From Octopus vulgaris (lineage: Eukaryota), in NCBI GenBank assembly GCA_951406725.2, contig OX597837.1, forward strand, positions 41,850,001 to 41,914,000: DNA of 64,000 nt, given 5' to 3'. Position numbers and translations under genes: made by a program. Shown here piece after piece: positions 12,211 through 26,306 of this stretch (positions are counted from its first letter, which is position 1; every line of letters starts with the position of its first letter). The notes beneath the pieces were generated by a model. That model was not told the DNA's origin, did not search any database, and saw only the letters and a program-made list of their open reading frames with translations.

Positions 12211-12940
12211 TTAAGTTCCTGCAGCTAAATTTCTTTCCAAATTTGCCTTCCCTGTGCTAACTTCCCTACTAAGGTTAGCATAGAAAAGGCACCTTGAAAT
12301 TTTGTTTTCGAGCAATACAACTGTGCCACCGAGAGACAAAAATAAAAATAAAAGGTCCTTCCATTGTGCCACAATGGTAGAAGAGTCTTTGAGTTATTCA
12401 ACTAACAATGTAGATTATGGAAATGGTAAATGGTAAAAATCTGAATGTCTGTGGAAAAGGAAGAAGAATTACAAACAACACTAAAGATAGACAAGAACAC
12501 TAAAAAGAAGAAGAAGAAGAATAGCCAGGAAAAAAATGGAAATAAAATCGAACAAGCCAGAACAAGTATATGAAATGTGAAAAAGAGATTGTACAATGGG
12601 GAAAAATAAAAAACTCGAAATATTTAAATTTAGTTTATAATCATAATAATAATAAGAAGAAGAAGAACAATAACAGAAATGAGATAGAATAAAAACAGAA
12701 AAATTAATAATGAAAATGATGATTGTGACAGGATAAAACAAAATGGTTGACATATATTATGGCATCTGTCTTCTTTTTTTCCCCTCTTTTTCCTTTGGTG
12801 CTGTGCTGTCTGACAAACACACACACACTTACACACACGCATGTATGTATGTATGTATGTAGGTTGGTAATGATATTTTTCATATACCTGTATATATGTT
12901 TTGAAAGCATGCACACATGTTTAAACATATTGATATAAAC

Positions 12941-12988
<48 letters not shown>

Positions 12989-13097
12989 ATTAATGTATTT
13001 AGACATATATACACACACACGTATATATATTCAACAATGTTTCGATATCCACCTGACCATACTTGCATCAATGTGTGTGTGGGCGTGCACACATTCA

Positions 13098-13137
<40 letters not shown>

Positions 13138-13177
13138 ATCTGCTTTCATATGTTTATGTATACATGTGTGCAAGTGA

Positions 13178-13221
<44 letters not shown>

Positions 13222-13447
13222 TGAACGGTAATAATGGTACAGGTAAAAATGACAATGAGCTTACTGAAATATACAGCATTGACTAAAAAGTAGAATAAAG
13301 TTTTTATGGATGTATGTATATGTTTATAAGATACTATGTATATAGTCAGCATCTATATCTATACATACACACCGACTTATAGAAACTTACAGTGATTACT
13401 TGTACACACTCCCAAACATATGTATGTATATGTTTATTATATATATA

Positions 13448-13509
<62 letters not shown>

Positions 13510-14117
13510 GTATTGGGTTGGGGCGTTATTATTGTGGTTTTTTCCAATAAATTTTATTCAACAAAAACAATAACAATATGTAACAAAAACATCTTTAAAT
13601 GATTATTCTGGAGCATATTCACCATCCCCTTCAATTACTGTTTCCCATTTGCTTGGGAGATGGTCAGACTCTCATTTAAAGCTGTTTTTGTTAAATATTG
13701 TTATAGCTTTTAGTGAAAATTTATATGTTTATGTATACATATATGTGTGTGGAGGCAAGATTTTTCAAGGACACGATGCAATGCTTTTGTACTGCAGAGG
13801 ATATCAGCATAAAACCGATTATATCGTGTGTAACTCACGCAACAAATATATGTATGGATGGATGGATGTCTCATCATCCACTTTCTGTGCTGGCATGGGT
13901 TGGACAGTTTGGCAAGAGCTGGTCAGACAAAAACTGCACCAGGCTTCAGTATCTGTTTTGGCAAGGTTTTTATGGCTGGATGCTCTTCCTACCACCAACC
14001 ACTCCGCAGAGGAGACTGAGTGCTTTTTTATGTGGTACCAGCACAGGCGAAGTCAGTTTTGAAATCCTTATATATATATATATAAATATAAAAATAGATG
14101 AGTGTATTTTTCCCTTG

Positions 14118-14400
14118 TTTACAATTAACACGGAAAAAATAGATAAATAGTTACCAGGGTAGCAAAAAATCACACAAGTAAAAAGGGCGTAACAGCTTGT
14201 TTTTAAAGCTAGAAACTCTGGATTTACATGAAATATTTTGTATAATATATAAAAATAAATAAATAAATAAATAAATGGAGTTAAATGCAGGTGTTATTCA
14301 AATTCTTTTACTTCCGACACATGTTTCAAAGATATCATTGATATTATTCCAAAGGAATAAAATGGTGTAAAACAATGTAATCTTCTCTTCGGGGAAATGA
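14118..14400 (-). mobile_element. Hammerhead-bearing repeat (copy 2)
   Basis: Inverted homologue of 35145-35403, sharing e.g. gtaaaagaatttgaataacacctg and gctaccctggtaact. Confidence 0.6.
14312..14396 (-). ncRNA. Hammerhead ribozyme motif, core-mutated paralogue of 35145
   Basis: Minus: TTCC-CCGAAGA-GAAGATTACATTG...CAATGATATCTTT-GAAA-CATGTG-TC-GGAA. Core U4C; stem I TTCC/GGAA. Confidence 0.6.
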
Positions 14401-14602
14401 GGAAATGAAACTCGTCAGTAAGAAATTTTAATAGAATATGATGGAAATATAAATTGATGAACACACACAAAACACAGTTTGCATTCACCAAATCCACACG
14501 CAAAGCTTCAGTCGGCTCTACAATATAGTAGAAGACACTTGCTCAAGATGCAATTGAGTGGGACTGAACCTGGAACCATGTGGTTGAGAAGCAAGCTTCT
14601 TA

Positions 14603-15071
14603 TTTCTTTATTGCCCACAAGGGGCTAAACATAGAGGGGTCAAACAAGGACAGACACAGGGATTAAGTTGACTACATCGACCCCAGTGCGCAACTGGTCC
14701 TTAATTTATTGACCCCGAAAGGATGAAAGGCAAAGTCGACCTCGGTGAAATTTGAACTCAGAACGTAACAGTGGATGAAATTCCACTAAACATTTTGCCC
14801 GCCGTGCTAACGTTTCTGCCAGCTCACCGCCTTAACACATCGAAATATTTTTTTTTACTCTAGGCACAAAGCCCGAAAGTTTTGGAGAAAGCAGGGCCAG
14901 TCGATTAGATCGATCCCAATATGCAGCTGGTACTTAATTTATTGACCCCGAAAGGATGAAATGCAAAAGTCGACCTCAGCGAAATTTGAACTCAGAACGT
15001 AACGGCAGACGAAATACCACTAAACATTTCGCCCAGCGTGCTAACGTTTCTGCCAGCTCACCGTCTCTTAT
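14603..15071 (-). mobile_element. SINE family B dimer inserted into a family A head
   Basis: Two tandem units flanked by the 11-bp direct repeat caagcttctta (14592-14602, 15072-15082). Confidence 0.8.
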
Positions 15072-16514
15072 CAAGCTTCTTACCACACAGCCACACACCT
15101 GTACCTTTCAATGAATGAAACAAATAAAAAAAAAAAATGAAAGAAACGGAGAACTTTGCGAGATCTATTAAGAAATGCTTTATTCCTTTACGATAACAGC
15201 AACAACAACAACAACACAAATAAGCTCAGAAAGAAGACACTACGAAGAACAACTCAGACAGGTACGGCAGTCAATAAAAATGATATATCATTTCAATTAA
15301 GAGTGTCTTTCCTATTTGAGGTGTACGCGTGCACACAAATGTTTTGCCACAAGTATATATATGAAATTGAAGTGTGCACAAGAGGTTAGTTACCTGAAAT
15401 AAAGCAGTAACTAATTAACAATTATGCTAATTATATGTTCGGTATCATGCATGCTTTTGTTGCGAAAAAATAATTTGCACAAAGGCTTTTTTATGCACAC
15501 TGATGTGTAAAAATTAGAAGAACCAACATGGCGTAAACGTATTGGGTAAGTCTTAAACTTATTTACAATTTACACCTGTATGAACCCTTAATGAGCATTC
15601 ATACAGAGAGAGAGAGAGAGAGAAATATGCTTACATACACATAAATACATTTATATGTATATATAGCTACAAATATGCATAGATGTATGTGTCCACACAA
15701 ACATATGTATGGAGATACATGCATATACGTGTGTGTGTATATAATATATATATATATAGATATATACATGTATACATAGATGTATGTGTACGCACATACA
15801 TATGTATGCACATGCATACATATATATACATATATACATATATATACACACACACATATATACATATATACATATATATACACACACAAATATATATATA
15901 TATATATAGAGATATATATACACACACACATAAATGTATATATACATACAACAGATATACATGGATGTGCATATATATATATATATATCGACATAGACAC
16001 ATATAGATACATGCACAAACATATATATATATTATATACTCATACATATATATAAACACAAATATACATATACATACACACACATACGTGTGCGTGTGTG
16101 TGTGAAACATGAGTTTGATTTGACCTGATATTCTGTCATGAACAATAACATGTCACTACAAAAATAGTGAAAAACAAGAAAACCCTAAAAAAACCCACAC
16201 AGAAATGGATGCAAAAAAAAAGAAAAAATTACTATCCAGCGAAAGTACTTGTTCATAAGGTTTGTCTTTTATTTATAGCTGCCACCCTGCTCATCCACCC
16301 CTCCACAAGTCCCACCCTTCACTATTACTGCTGTTCTTCCTTGGATATCTCTCCTCTTAGACTCAGAAAAAAAAGAAAAAAGGAAGAGGAAAAGGAGAAA
16401 CAAGTTTGAAACAGAGTAACTTTTATATCGGTAACTAAGTTAAAGCTAGTTTGCGTTATTACTGGTGGTTAATGCTACCGGTAATTAGTAACTGCTGCTG
16501 CAATACCATAGATG

Positions 16515-16528
16515 AAAATAATAACAAC

Positions 16529-16562
<34 letters not shown>

Positions 16563-16646
16563 GTAACTACAACACCAGCAATAAAAACAATAAAAGCAAT
16601 GATGATGATGAGAATATGTAAAGAAAGTAAAGAAGAAATAATAATG

Positions 16647-16701
<55 letters not shown>

Positions 16702-16968
16702 TAAGAAGAAGAAGAAGAAGAAGAAGAAGATGACGATGAAGAAGAAGAAGAAAAATAAGAAGAAAAAGAAGATGATGATTATGATGATGATGAAGAAGAA
16801 GAAAAAGAAGAAAAAGAAGAAGAAAAAGAAGAAGAAGATGACGATGATGATGAAGAAGAGGAAGAAGAAAAATAAGATGATGATGATGATGATGATGAAG
16901 AAGAAGAAAAAGAAGAAGAAAAAGAAGAAGAAGATGATGATGATGATGATGATGATGAAGAAGAAGAA

Positions 16969-17007
<39 letters not shown>

Positions 17008-17130
17008 GAAGAAGAAGAAGAAGAAATAAGAGCAATGATGATGATGGCATGAACAGCAACAACAATAATAATAATGATGATGATAATACATAAAGAAAAT
17101 AAAGAAGAAATAATAATAATAATAATAACA
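16515..17130. repeat. Compound (AAT)n/(AAG)n/(GAT)n microsatellite
   Basis: Direct reading. Confidence 0.95.
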
Positions 17131-17984
17131 ACATTAACAATATTAATTGCGGTGAAAGAGAAAAGTCAAATAAGACCAGAAAACAAACATGGAGCATTTA
17201 TAGACAAGCAATTATTATATGGCAAGTTAATTAGAGAGAAGAAGAAGAAGAAGAGTAGATGACGAAGTATCTATTGATGAAGAAGACAGGAAGAAAAAAG
17301 AAATGAGCAAGATGGAAGATGGAGAAGAAGAAGAAGAAAGGAAAAAGGTTTTTAATTTGGTCAACAGCTTATCTTGTATTCTTTAGTGGTTTATTTCGTT
17401 GTTTATATATATTTTTTTGGAGGTGGGGGGGACTAGATAGAGCATAATAGCGGAGGGTGGGAAAAGGGTAGGATTGGGGTGTGGGGTCGTGGTGAGGGTG
17501 GAGGTGGGGGTTTTTCGAGGTGACTACCTTCCTGGTAGGTTCATCTGAGACACAAAAAAAAAAACCACACAATAAACAATTTGTTAATTAGACAATCAGT
17601 TCACTGGCAATTAGTTTGAAATCAACTTTGAAAAAAAAAAAACAACAAAAAAACAAAAACAAAAAACAAAATAAAAAACAGTAGGGAAGCGGGGTGGGGG
17701 TGGGGGGGAAAGAAACAAAGAAAAAGAAATGAAAAAAAATGAACTTGATTTACTCCGATTGAATTGCTGAAATAATTGCTTTGTGATAAAAAATTTTAGG
17801 GGGTGGTTGGTTGGTAGGGAGAGGGACAAGACAGAAAGGAATGGGGGGGGGGGAGGCATGAAAGTGAAAGTAAGACACATGCACATACACGTGTATATAC
17901 TAACAAATAAACAGTGTTCGGTTAAGTAAGAGAGGTAATAGCCTGACGTACGAGCTAATAAGGAGCCATACTAACATGTATTTT

Positions 17985-18029
<45 letters not shown>

Positions 18030-18031
18030 GT

Positions 18032-18231
18032 TCTTTTATTTGTTTCAGTCATTTGACTGTGGCCATGCTGAAGCAGCGCCCTTTAATTGAACAAATAGAA
18101 CCCAGGACTTATTCTTTGTAAGCCTAGTACTTATTCTATCAGTCGCTTTTGCTGAACCACTTAGTTACAGGGATGTAAACAGACCAACATCGGTTTCAAG
18201 CAATGGTGGGAGGACAAACATGGACACAAAT

Positions 18232-18263
<32 letters not shown>

Positions 18264-18420
18264 GATGGGCTTCTTTCAGTTTCCGTCTATCAAATCCACT
18301 CACAAGGCTTTGGTTGGCCCGAAGCTATAGTAGAAGACTCTTGCTCAAGGTGTCACGCAGTGGAACTTAACCCGGAACCCTGTTGTTGGGACGCAAGCTT
18401 CTTACCACACAGCCACTCCT
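18032..18420 (-). mobile_element. SINE family A
   Basis: Near full-length match to the family. Confidence 0.85.
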
Positions 18421-18456
18421 ATATATATCATACTTAATACACACACACACACACAC

Positions 18457-18560
<104 letters not shown>

Positions 18561-18648
18561 ACGAAAAAAACAAAAGACGAAGACAGGTGGTGTAGAAAAC
18601 AAACAGATGTATTAGTATAACAGTATAACACTCAGGAATAGAAAACGT

Positions 18649-18684
18649 CTTTTACGTTTCGAGCCTACGCTCTTCTACAGAAAG
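18649..18684 (-). ncRNA. Variant minimal hammerhead-like motif
   Basis: Minus: CTTT-CTGTAGA-A-GAGCgtagGCTC-GAAA-CG-TA-AAAG; A6 replaced by T, one extra A before stem II. Confidence 0.4.
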
Positions 18685-18740
18685 GGACACAGAAAAAACA
18701 AGGAGAGAAAAAAATGTGTGTAGTGGCTAACGATCTCTCA

Positions 18741-18790
<50 letters not shown>

Positions 18791-19517
18791 TACTTAATAT
18801 TTTCATATTCTTCTAGGATCACAAATATATACAAGTACACATATTTACTAATATATACATATATAAATATATTCTCACACACACACACAAATACACATTA
18901 GAGTTTGCTGTTATGTTATGACAAAGAAAAGCATAAAATAAACCAAGTACTCAATGCAACAAACGTAGAGTGAATAATATTTATTTATAAAAATGCTGAC
19001 AAATTGCAATCTATTTTGTTCTTAAGAACTTATCTCAGCATTAATTAAATGTTCATAAATGTTCTCGAAGACAGCGACAGAAAGAGGATGGAGGTAACAG
19101 CTGAAGGAAAATGAAAAAGAGAAAAATCCAAACAGCAAGGGTAGAAAAATAAATGGGTGAAGCGGAAAGTCGATAGAAGTAGCCATCCATATTCCATTTA
19201 TGGAAAAAGTACAAGACAAATAATTAACGGTGCAAATTTGGAAAGGCAATCAAAAGATTTGATTGGTTGTTGAGAAGGGGGATAAATTATATAAATGCAA
19301 TGCATAGCAAAAGCGGGAAGGTGGGGTAGTTAAGACAAGTAAGGGAAGTTTATGAGTGTAAATTTTTTGTATTTCCATTTAGAAAGGTAAGAAAAGGTGT
19401 TACATATGTAGAAAGACTGTGGAAAGGCTAAAAGTATAGGGAAGAGGGAAAAATATTTTTGAATTTGTAGAGGAATGAAAGGGTTTTTTGCAGTCATTCT
19501 TGTACATCAATGACAAA

Positions 19518-19905
19518 TGGATGGAAGCACTCCATCGGTTACGACGACGAGGGTTCCGGTTGATCCGAATCAACGGAACAGCCTGCTCGTGAAATTAACG
19601 TGTAAGTGGCTGAGCACTCCACAGACATGTGCACCCTTAACGTAGTTCTCGGGGATATTCAGCGTGACACAGAGAGTGACAAGGCCGGCCCCTTTGAAAT
19701 ACAGGTACAACAGAAACAGGAAGTAAGAGTGAGAGAAAGTTGTGGTGAAAGAGTACAGCAAGGATCACCACCATCCCCTGCCGGAGCCTCGTGAAGCTTT
19801 AGATGTATTTGCTCAATAAACACTCACAACGCCCGGTCTGGGAATCGAAACCGCGATCCTATGACCGCGAGTCCGCTGCCCTAACCACTAGGCCATTGCG
19901 CCTCC
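19518..19905 (-). mobile_element. tRNA-derived SINE family D, full length with 14-bp TSD
   Basis: Head GGAGGCGCAATGGCCTAGTGG...GGTTTCGATTCCC; TSD acatcaatgacaaa at 19504-19517 and 19906-19919. Confidence 0.9.
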
Positions 19906-20249
19906 ACATCAATGACAAAACCGTGAATGGTTTTCTTACGAGTTAGAAAATACCTGAAGCATATTTGAACTGGTAATAAGTTTGTATTTATAGACTACTT
20001 AGTGATGTGTGACCCAATAAATTTAAAGTTGAAATTGTACGAGGTATGAAATGTAGTTGAAATGTTTTTTCCTTTAGTATTTAAACTGACCAAAACTGTC
20101 CCCAAATATTCAATCTATTTTATGTTCAAACCCAGCCAGATCTGGCCTTTCACACCTACCCTACAATGTCGTTGTAAAAATAAACAATTACATCACTGAA
20201 ATCTCAAAGCTATGAGATAATGCAGGATTAATTCGAAACAATCTGAATA

Positions 20250-20660
20250 GGGAACATGTGGAAGTGGATAGACCCAGGAAGACGTGGGATGAAGTGGGGA
20301 GAAAGGGTCCACAAATGTTGGGACCCACAAAGGGGAAGACAGGGGACTGAGACTCCAGGTGGTTTGTTGTGCTTGAAAAGACACGTGAAGCTAAGTAAAA
20401 GCATGGTTGTCCTTGCATACAGGCTTGCTCTCTGCAACCCTCTCCACCTGAGCATCCCTAATCTCTCATGGGCTCGTAGGTGCTGGTACCACATGAAAAG
20501 CACCTATACCAGTGCTGCATAAAAGTTCTCAGTACACTCTGTAAAGTGGTTGGTGTTAGGAAGGGCATCCTGCTGTAGAAACCATGCCAAAAGAGACAGG
20601 GAGCCTAAAAAGCCCTTCAGTTGGTCAGCTCCTGTTAAACTATTCAACCCATGATACATT
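20250..20660 (+). mobile_element. RTE-LINE 3' end, including the ORF end, nested in a MITE
   Basis: RPRKTWDEV-like codons followed by the aggaagggcatcc 3' UTR motif; lies between the two halves of a piggyBac-like MITE (20071 to ~20688). Confidence 0.6.
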
Positions 20661-21070
20661 TGAAAGAGTAATCTGAATGCTAAAAGGTTCAAGTGTGGAG
20701 AAAATAGATGGAGTGACTGGCCTAATGACCATCAAGTGCAAAAAAAAAATAATCACCCTAGAAATAACGCCAAAACTTTTTGTGATTGAGGCAGAGTGGA
20801 GGAGTATGGGAGGTGATTCCTAAGCAGTGTAATAGAAACATGAATACATATATATATATATGTGAGTATACACATGGGGATTGCCGGATTGTGTCAGATT
20901 CTAGCTGTCTCACATCCAGCCTGTCTGTTTTGATTTACGGTCATCCCTGCATATCCCTCACCAATTTCCAAGCATGGTAATGCTCCACCCTACGTGTTAG
21001 GAAACAAATATATCACTTATGGGAAGGTGATACTCTTTTATAATCATATGTCAAGACCAGGGTACACACA

Positions 21071-21104
<34 letters not shown>

Positions 21105-21813
21105 ACTACAGGTTTCTTTCAGTTTCTGTCCACCAAATCGATCCAGTCAGTTTTGTCAGCCTGGGCCTATAGTAGAAGACACTTGTTCAAGGTGCCATGC
21201 AGTGGGATTGAAACCAAGACCACATGGTTGGCAAGGAAGCAAGCTTGAGAATCACTTCTGCAGACAGATAAATAGACAGACAGATCAACGGAGAGAGAGA
21301 AAACAGGAGAGTATAACCACAAAAAAAGAGGCATTATTACATATACATACATACATGCTAACAACAAATCATCATCATCATCATCGTTTAACATCCGTTT
21401 TCCGCACTAGCACGGGTTGGACGGTTCGACCGGGGATCTGGGAAGCCAGGGGCTGCACCAGGCTCCAGTCTGATCTGGCAGTGTTTCTACAGCTGGATGC
21501 CCTTCCTAACGCCAACCACTCCGCAAGTGTAGTGGGTGCTTTTTACGTGCCACCGGCACAGGTGCCAGGGGAGTCTGGCAGCGGCCACGATCGGTTGGTG
21601 CTTTTAACATGCCACCGGCACGGAAGCCAGATACATATATATATATGTATGTGCGATTACATACACATCTGTTAAATACAATATATATGCATACTATATG
21701 CATACATAGGTGCATAAATGTATAAATACATATACAAGTGCATACATGTATAGAAACATAAATGCATACATACATATCTAAATACATACTTAAATATATG
21801 CATAAATCTATTA

Positions 21814-22002
21814 CTCTTACTCTTTTGCTTGTATCAGTCATTTGACTGCGGCCATGCTGGAGCACCGCCTTTAGTCGAGCAAATTGACCCCAGGACTTAT
21901 TCTTTGTAAACCCAGTACTTTTTCTATCGGTCTCTTTTGCCGAACCGCTAAGTTACGGAGACGTAAACACACCAGCATCGGTTGTCAAGCGATGTTGGGG
22001 AG

Positions 22003-22056
<54 letters not shown>

Positions 22057-22218
22057 GACAGGCTTCTTTCAGTTTCCGTCTACCAAATCCACTCACAAGG
22101 CTTTGGTTGGCCGGAGGCTATAGTAGAAAACACTTGCCCAAGGTGCCACGCAGTGGGACTGAACCCGGAACCATGTGGTTGGTAAGCAAGCTACTTACCA
22201 CACAGCCACTCCTGCGCC
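21814..22218 (-). mobile_element. SINE family A
   Basis: Full-length match. Confidence 0.85.
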
Positions 22219-22909
22219 TATGTCTAAATGCATGCACACACATACACACACAGAGTTCCCGACAGAGAATCCAAACATGTCCATCTTCAAGATTTCTTTC
22301 CTGTTTTTCTTCCACGCAGATCTGTAATCATACAATGCCGTGGCAAAAATACAACAAGAAGAAGAACCGCGCCATCCACCACAGCTCACACACACACACA
22401 CAGAGAAAAGGCGCTGGTAATTTCAGAGATTAAAGGGTTAAAGCAGATTTTAATCATTAATAAACTCCAAGAATATTTAAGGAAAAAGCGAAAAAAGGAA
22501 ACCCAAAACAAAATATTAAATACTTGAAAGCAATGGAATTTAAAGGAATTCATCATGTTTTGTTTTGTTGTTTTCTGCTCTTTTTTTTTTTTTTTTCATA
22601 TTTTTGTAAAAGCAATGTTGCTATTGTTGATGTCGTTGTCGTCGTTGTTGCTGTTGTTGTTATGTATGGAACTGATGCTACAGTTGTATGAAACACGAGA
22701 TTAATACAAACTTTGGATTTCCAAGACTTGTCAAAATGGGAACAATTCTACATTAATCAAAATGTCAAAAATATAGTGCCAGGAACTCGGCAAAATAAAA
22801 TATTTCTTCTCTCTCTGTCTCACCCCCACCACATCCCATCCCCACCCCCGTCTCCTTTCCCAATGAATCCTTTTGGTAAATATATCTGGTGCTCTTTTGA
22901 TGATGGGGT

Positions 22910-24320
22910 GTATACATACATACATATATACATACATACATAAATATATACATATATGCATACATACATATATACATACATACATACATACATATATATA
23001 TACATACATACATATATACATACATATACATATATATACATACATACATACATATATACATACATATACATACATACATACATATATACATATATACATA
23101 CATACATACATACATACACACATACATACATACACACATACATATATACATACATACATATATACATACATACATACATACATATATACATACATACATA
23201 CACACATACATACATACATATATACACAGACACACACAATATGCATTTATGTATGTACTGATATATACACACACATACACACACATATATATATGCATTG
23301 TATATGTGTATATATATGTATGTAGATGTATGCGTGTGTAGATATTTGTGCATGCTTATACACTGATACCATACAAATTATCTCCCTCTTTCCACACCCT
23401 CTCACGCATATATTAGAAATATGACATATAATATCTGTGTGTGTATATATACATATGTGCAACATATAATTTTATAAGACGTGTGTATTTGTGTGTGTGT
23501 GTGTGTGTGTGTGTGTAACATGTTAACAATGAATTTTGTGTTGGTTCAGTTTTGCCCTGCAATTCATTCGTTTGGTTATTTGTTTATTTACCTTTTTTTA
23601 TATTTTTGCGATGGAAATCAAAATCAAAAATGCAAAACTAGAAAGAATGAATTTTATGGTGTCCCGAAATAATATAGTCTTTATCTTTGGAACTATCGAC
23701 AATATTAATCAAATAAATCTACCTGACATAGACAAGACTGTATGTATGAATGTATAAATATGTATATATGTATAAATATGTATATATGTATAAATATGTG
23801 TGTATGTGTGTATGTATGTATGTATAAATATGTATGTATGTATGTATGTGTGTATGTATGTATAAATATGTATGTGTGTATGTATGTATGTATGTATGTG
23901 TGTATGTATGTGTGTATGTGTGTATGTATGTATGTATAAATATGTATGTATGTATGTATGTGTGTATGTATGTATGTATGTGTGTATGTATGTACCTATG
24001 TATGTGTGTACATATGTATGTATGTATGTATGTGTGTATGTATGTATATATGTATAAATATGTATGTATGTATAAATATGTATGTGTGTGTATGTATGTA
24101 CCTATGTATGTATGTATGTATGTATGTATGTATGTATGTATGTATGTATGTATGTATCTGTGTATGTATGTATGTATCTGTGTATGTATGTATGTGTGTA
24201 CGTATGTATGTGTGCGTGTATGTATGTGTGCATGTATGTATTTGTGCATGTGTGTATACATACATACATACATACACACACACACATACATACATACATA
24301 CATATACACACATACACAGA
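22910..24320. repeat. (TACA)n block at 22910-23230 and opposite-orientation (TATG)n block at 23740-24260
   Basis: Direct reading. Confidence 0.9.
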
Positions 24321-24699
24321 CATATGACCTGCTAGAGAATATTTGTGATTTGAAAAATCCTCAACGACTGTAAATCAAGCGCTGCCATTATTAAAGTTCC
24401 AACCAAATATATCATAGCAAGTGAAATATAATTTACTAAGCAAGTATCAATGTCAAACAGTCACCATTTAAGTTCCAGCTGGATTTTTCAGTAGCAACAT
24501 TCAAATTTATATATAACCAAGAACTGCTGTAGTCAAATCTATATTTAGTTAATAGATGGATTTATCATATTCAGGGCTAGACTTAATATATCACCTTGTT
24601 TAACACCATTGCCAGGCCTTTAGGAGAATTTTGCAGAATCTACACTACTGTAAGCATTTGGGTTTAGTTTCTGGTCCTAGGATAACATTTCTGCTTCCA

Positions 24700-25030
24700 T
24701 GTAATAGAGGGGGAGGGCACAGAGTTGAAAATGTCTTTATTCAAGAACAGGTTTGAAATCCTCTGACTGACATCCTTCACAAGGTTTTTAAATACAGCAG
24801 GTGAGAGGCCGGAGGCTGTGTTAATATATGAGGGCCTTTCATTTGGTTTGTAGTAGGGCCTGTATGAACAGCTACCCAGATTGAGCATAACATCTAAAAA
24901 GTTAACTACAATAAGATTGGTCTCAATTGTAATCTTAAGACCAAGAGGGCAAAGCATGAGAATTAGGTTCATCCTAAGTCTATCTAAGGTGTGTCTGTTT
25001 GTACCTCTAGAGATAGCTAAAGCGATGAAT
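24700..25030 (-). mobile_element. Penelope-like element RT/thumb fragment (decayed)
   Basis: GLKITIETNLIVVNFLDVMLNL...YRPYYKPNERPSYIN...KNLVKDVSQRIS; typical of the PLE RT C-terminal part. Confidence 0.8.
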
Positions 25031-25379
25031 ATTTTTGGTCACAACTGGAACTGTTTAAAGAGAGATAACTACTTCTTGCCCAGAAAGGGATTTTGCTTTG
25101 AAGAATTTTAAGAGTTTTTTTTTCACTACCATACTAACCAAGACTATAATTCTTACCTGCCATTAGTAAAGAGGTTAAGCTCCTCTGGCCAGCGGGTCTG
25201 ACTCGTGTACTTGTGTATATGACTCGTGTACATTGCTAAGAGCTATAACAGATGTGAAACCAACAGTAGCTTTCTGACTGGCCTTAACCAACAACTACAT
25301 AAAGTATTACTGCTCGAAGAAATTTTTTAGGGTGTGCTTCTTTTTGGGGTTTATAAACACCTGAATGGTTATAAGAACA

Positions 25380-26000
25380 AAGGTGTGGAACACAGAATTA
25401 GAGCTGCACACAGGGCATTTGGGAATTTAACTAAATGAGCCTTCAACAACAAAGATCTTAACTTAATGAAAATTATGGTTTATAACGATGTCATTTCAAC
25501 CTTGCTATACGGTTGCCAAATCTGGACTCTATGTTGTTGCGAAGTCCAGGAATTAGAATGCTTTCACCAACAAGAGCTTCATTGAGCATCAAATGGGAAC
25601 ACTATGTACGTGTCGAATTGCCAATCATGAAACACCATCATCGATGGTCAGGACATGTAGCAAGAATGGAAGAGTCAATGTTTCTACGCCGAGTCTTATT
25701 CAGTGAGCTCACTTCAGGGAAAAGACAACGGGGCTGCCTTCTTTGAAGATACAATGACCAACTCAAAGCAACACTGAAAGCCACTGGAACTGATCCTAAA
25801 TTATACCAAGTGGCAGTGTTCCTTCACCATCGGAGCCAAAAGTTTGAAGCCACCAGAAGAGAAAGGGAAGAAATCAAAAGTCCGGAGAGAAAGGCTGGAC
25901 ATAATCAACCTTGTCCTTCACCACCATTGCCATGTGGTCAATGCCATTGACCCTTCTATGCAAGAATTGGTCTACAGAGTCATCAATGGCATCACTATAA
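25380..26000 (+). mobile_element. RTE-clade LINE ORF2 C-terminal fragment (frameshifted)
   Basis: VEHRIRAAHRAFG, TLLYGCQIWTL, RWSGHVARMEESMFLRRVLFSELTSGKRQRG, RYNDQLKATLK. Confidence 0.8.
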
Positions 26001-26306
26001 AGAAAGCATTCAGCAAAGAAGGAAATAAATTCTTGGATACAAGATAAAGCCGCTGCCGATAAGTAATGGTCATTGCATAGTCTTTTATTGTAATAATTCT
26101 TCAACTGTTTCGGATAGCCATAGTAGGTTGGTTCATTGGTCAGATTGCTCAATCAGTCCACTGATCTATTTGAGAAAAAGCGAATGACCTTAAAGAACTA
26201 ATGCTACTCTCATCGGAGTCAGAGGATTCTGATGCAAAACAAAGCAGAACAAATGGTATACAAACAATTCAGGCACACGAAAGGCAGTGAAAAAAATGTA
26301 TGTATA

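Noticed and set aside
19830-19905. tRNA gene
   Set aside because: The tRNA-like head continues into a SINE body with a TSD; no full cloverleaf or terminator. The same applies to the other SINE heads.
21884-22433. Recurrent ORFs such as LLSVSVYQIHSQGFGRPEAIVEDTCPRCHAVGLNPEPCGW
   Set aside because: Conceptual translations of SINE family A, not a gene family.
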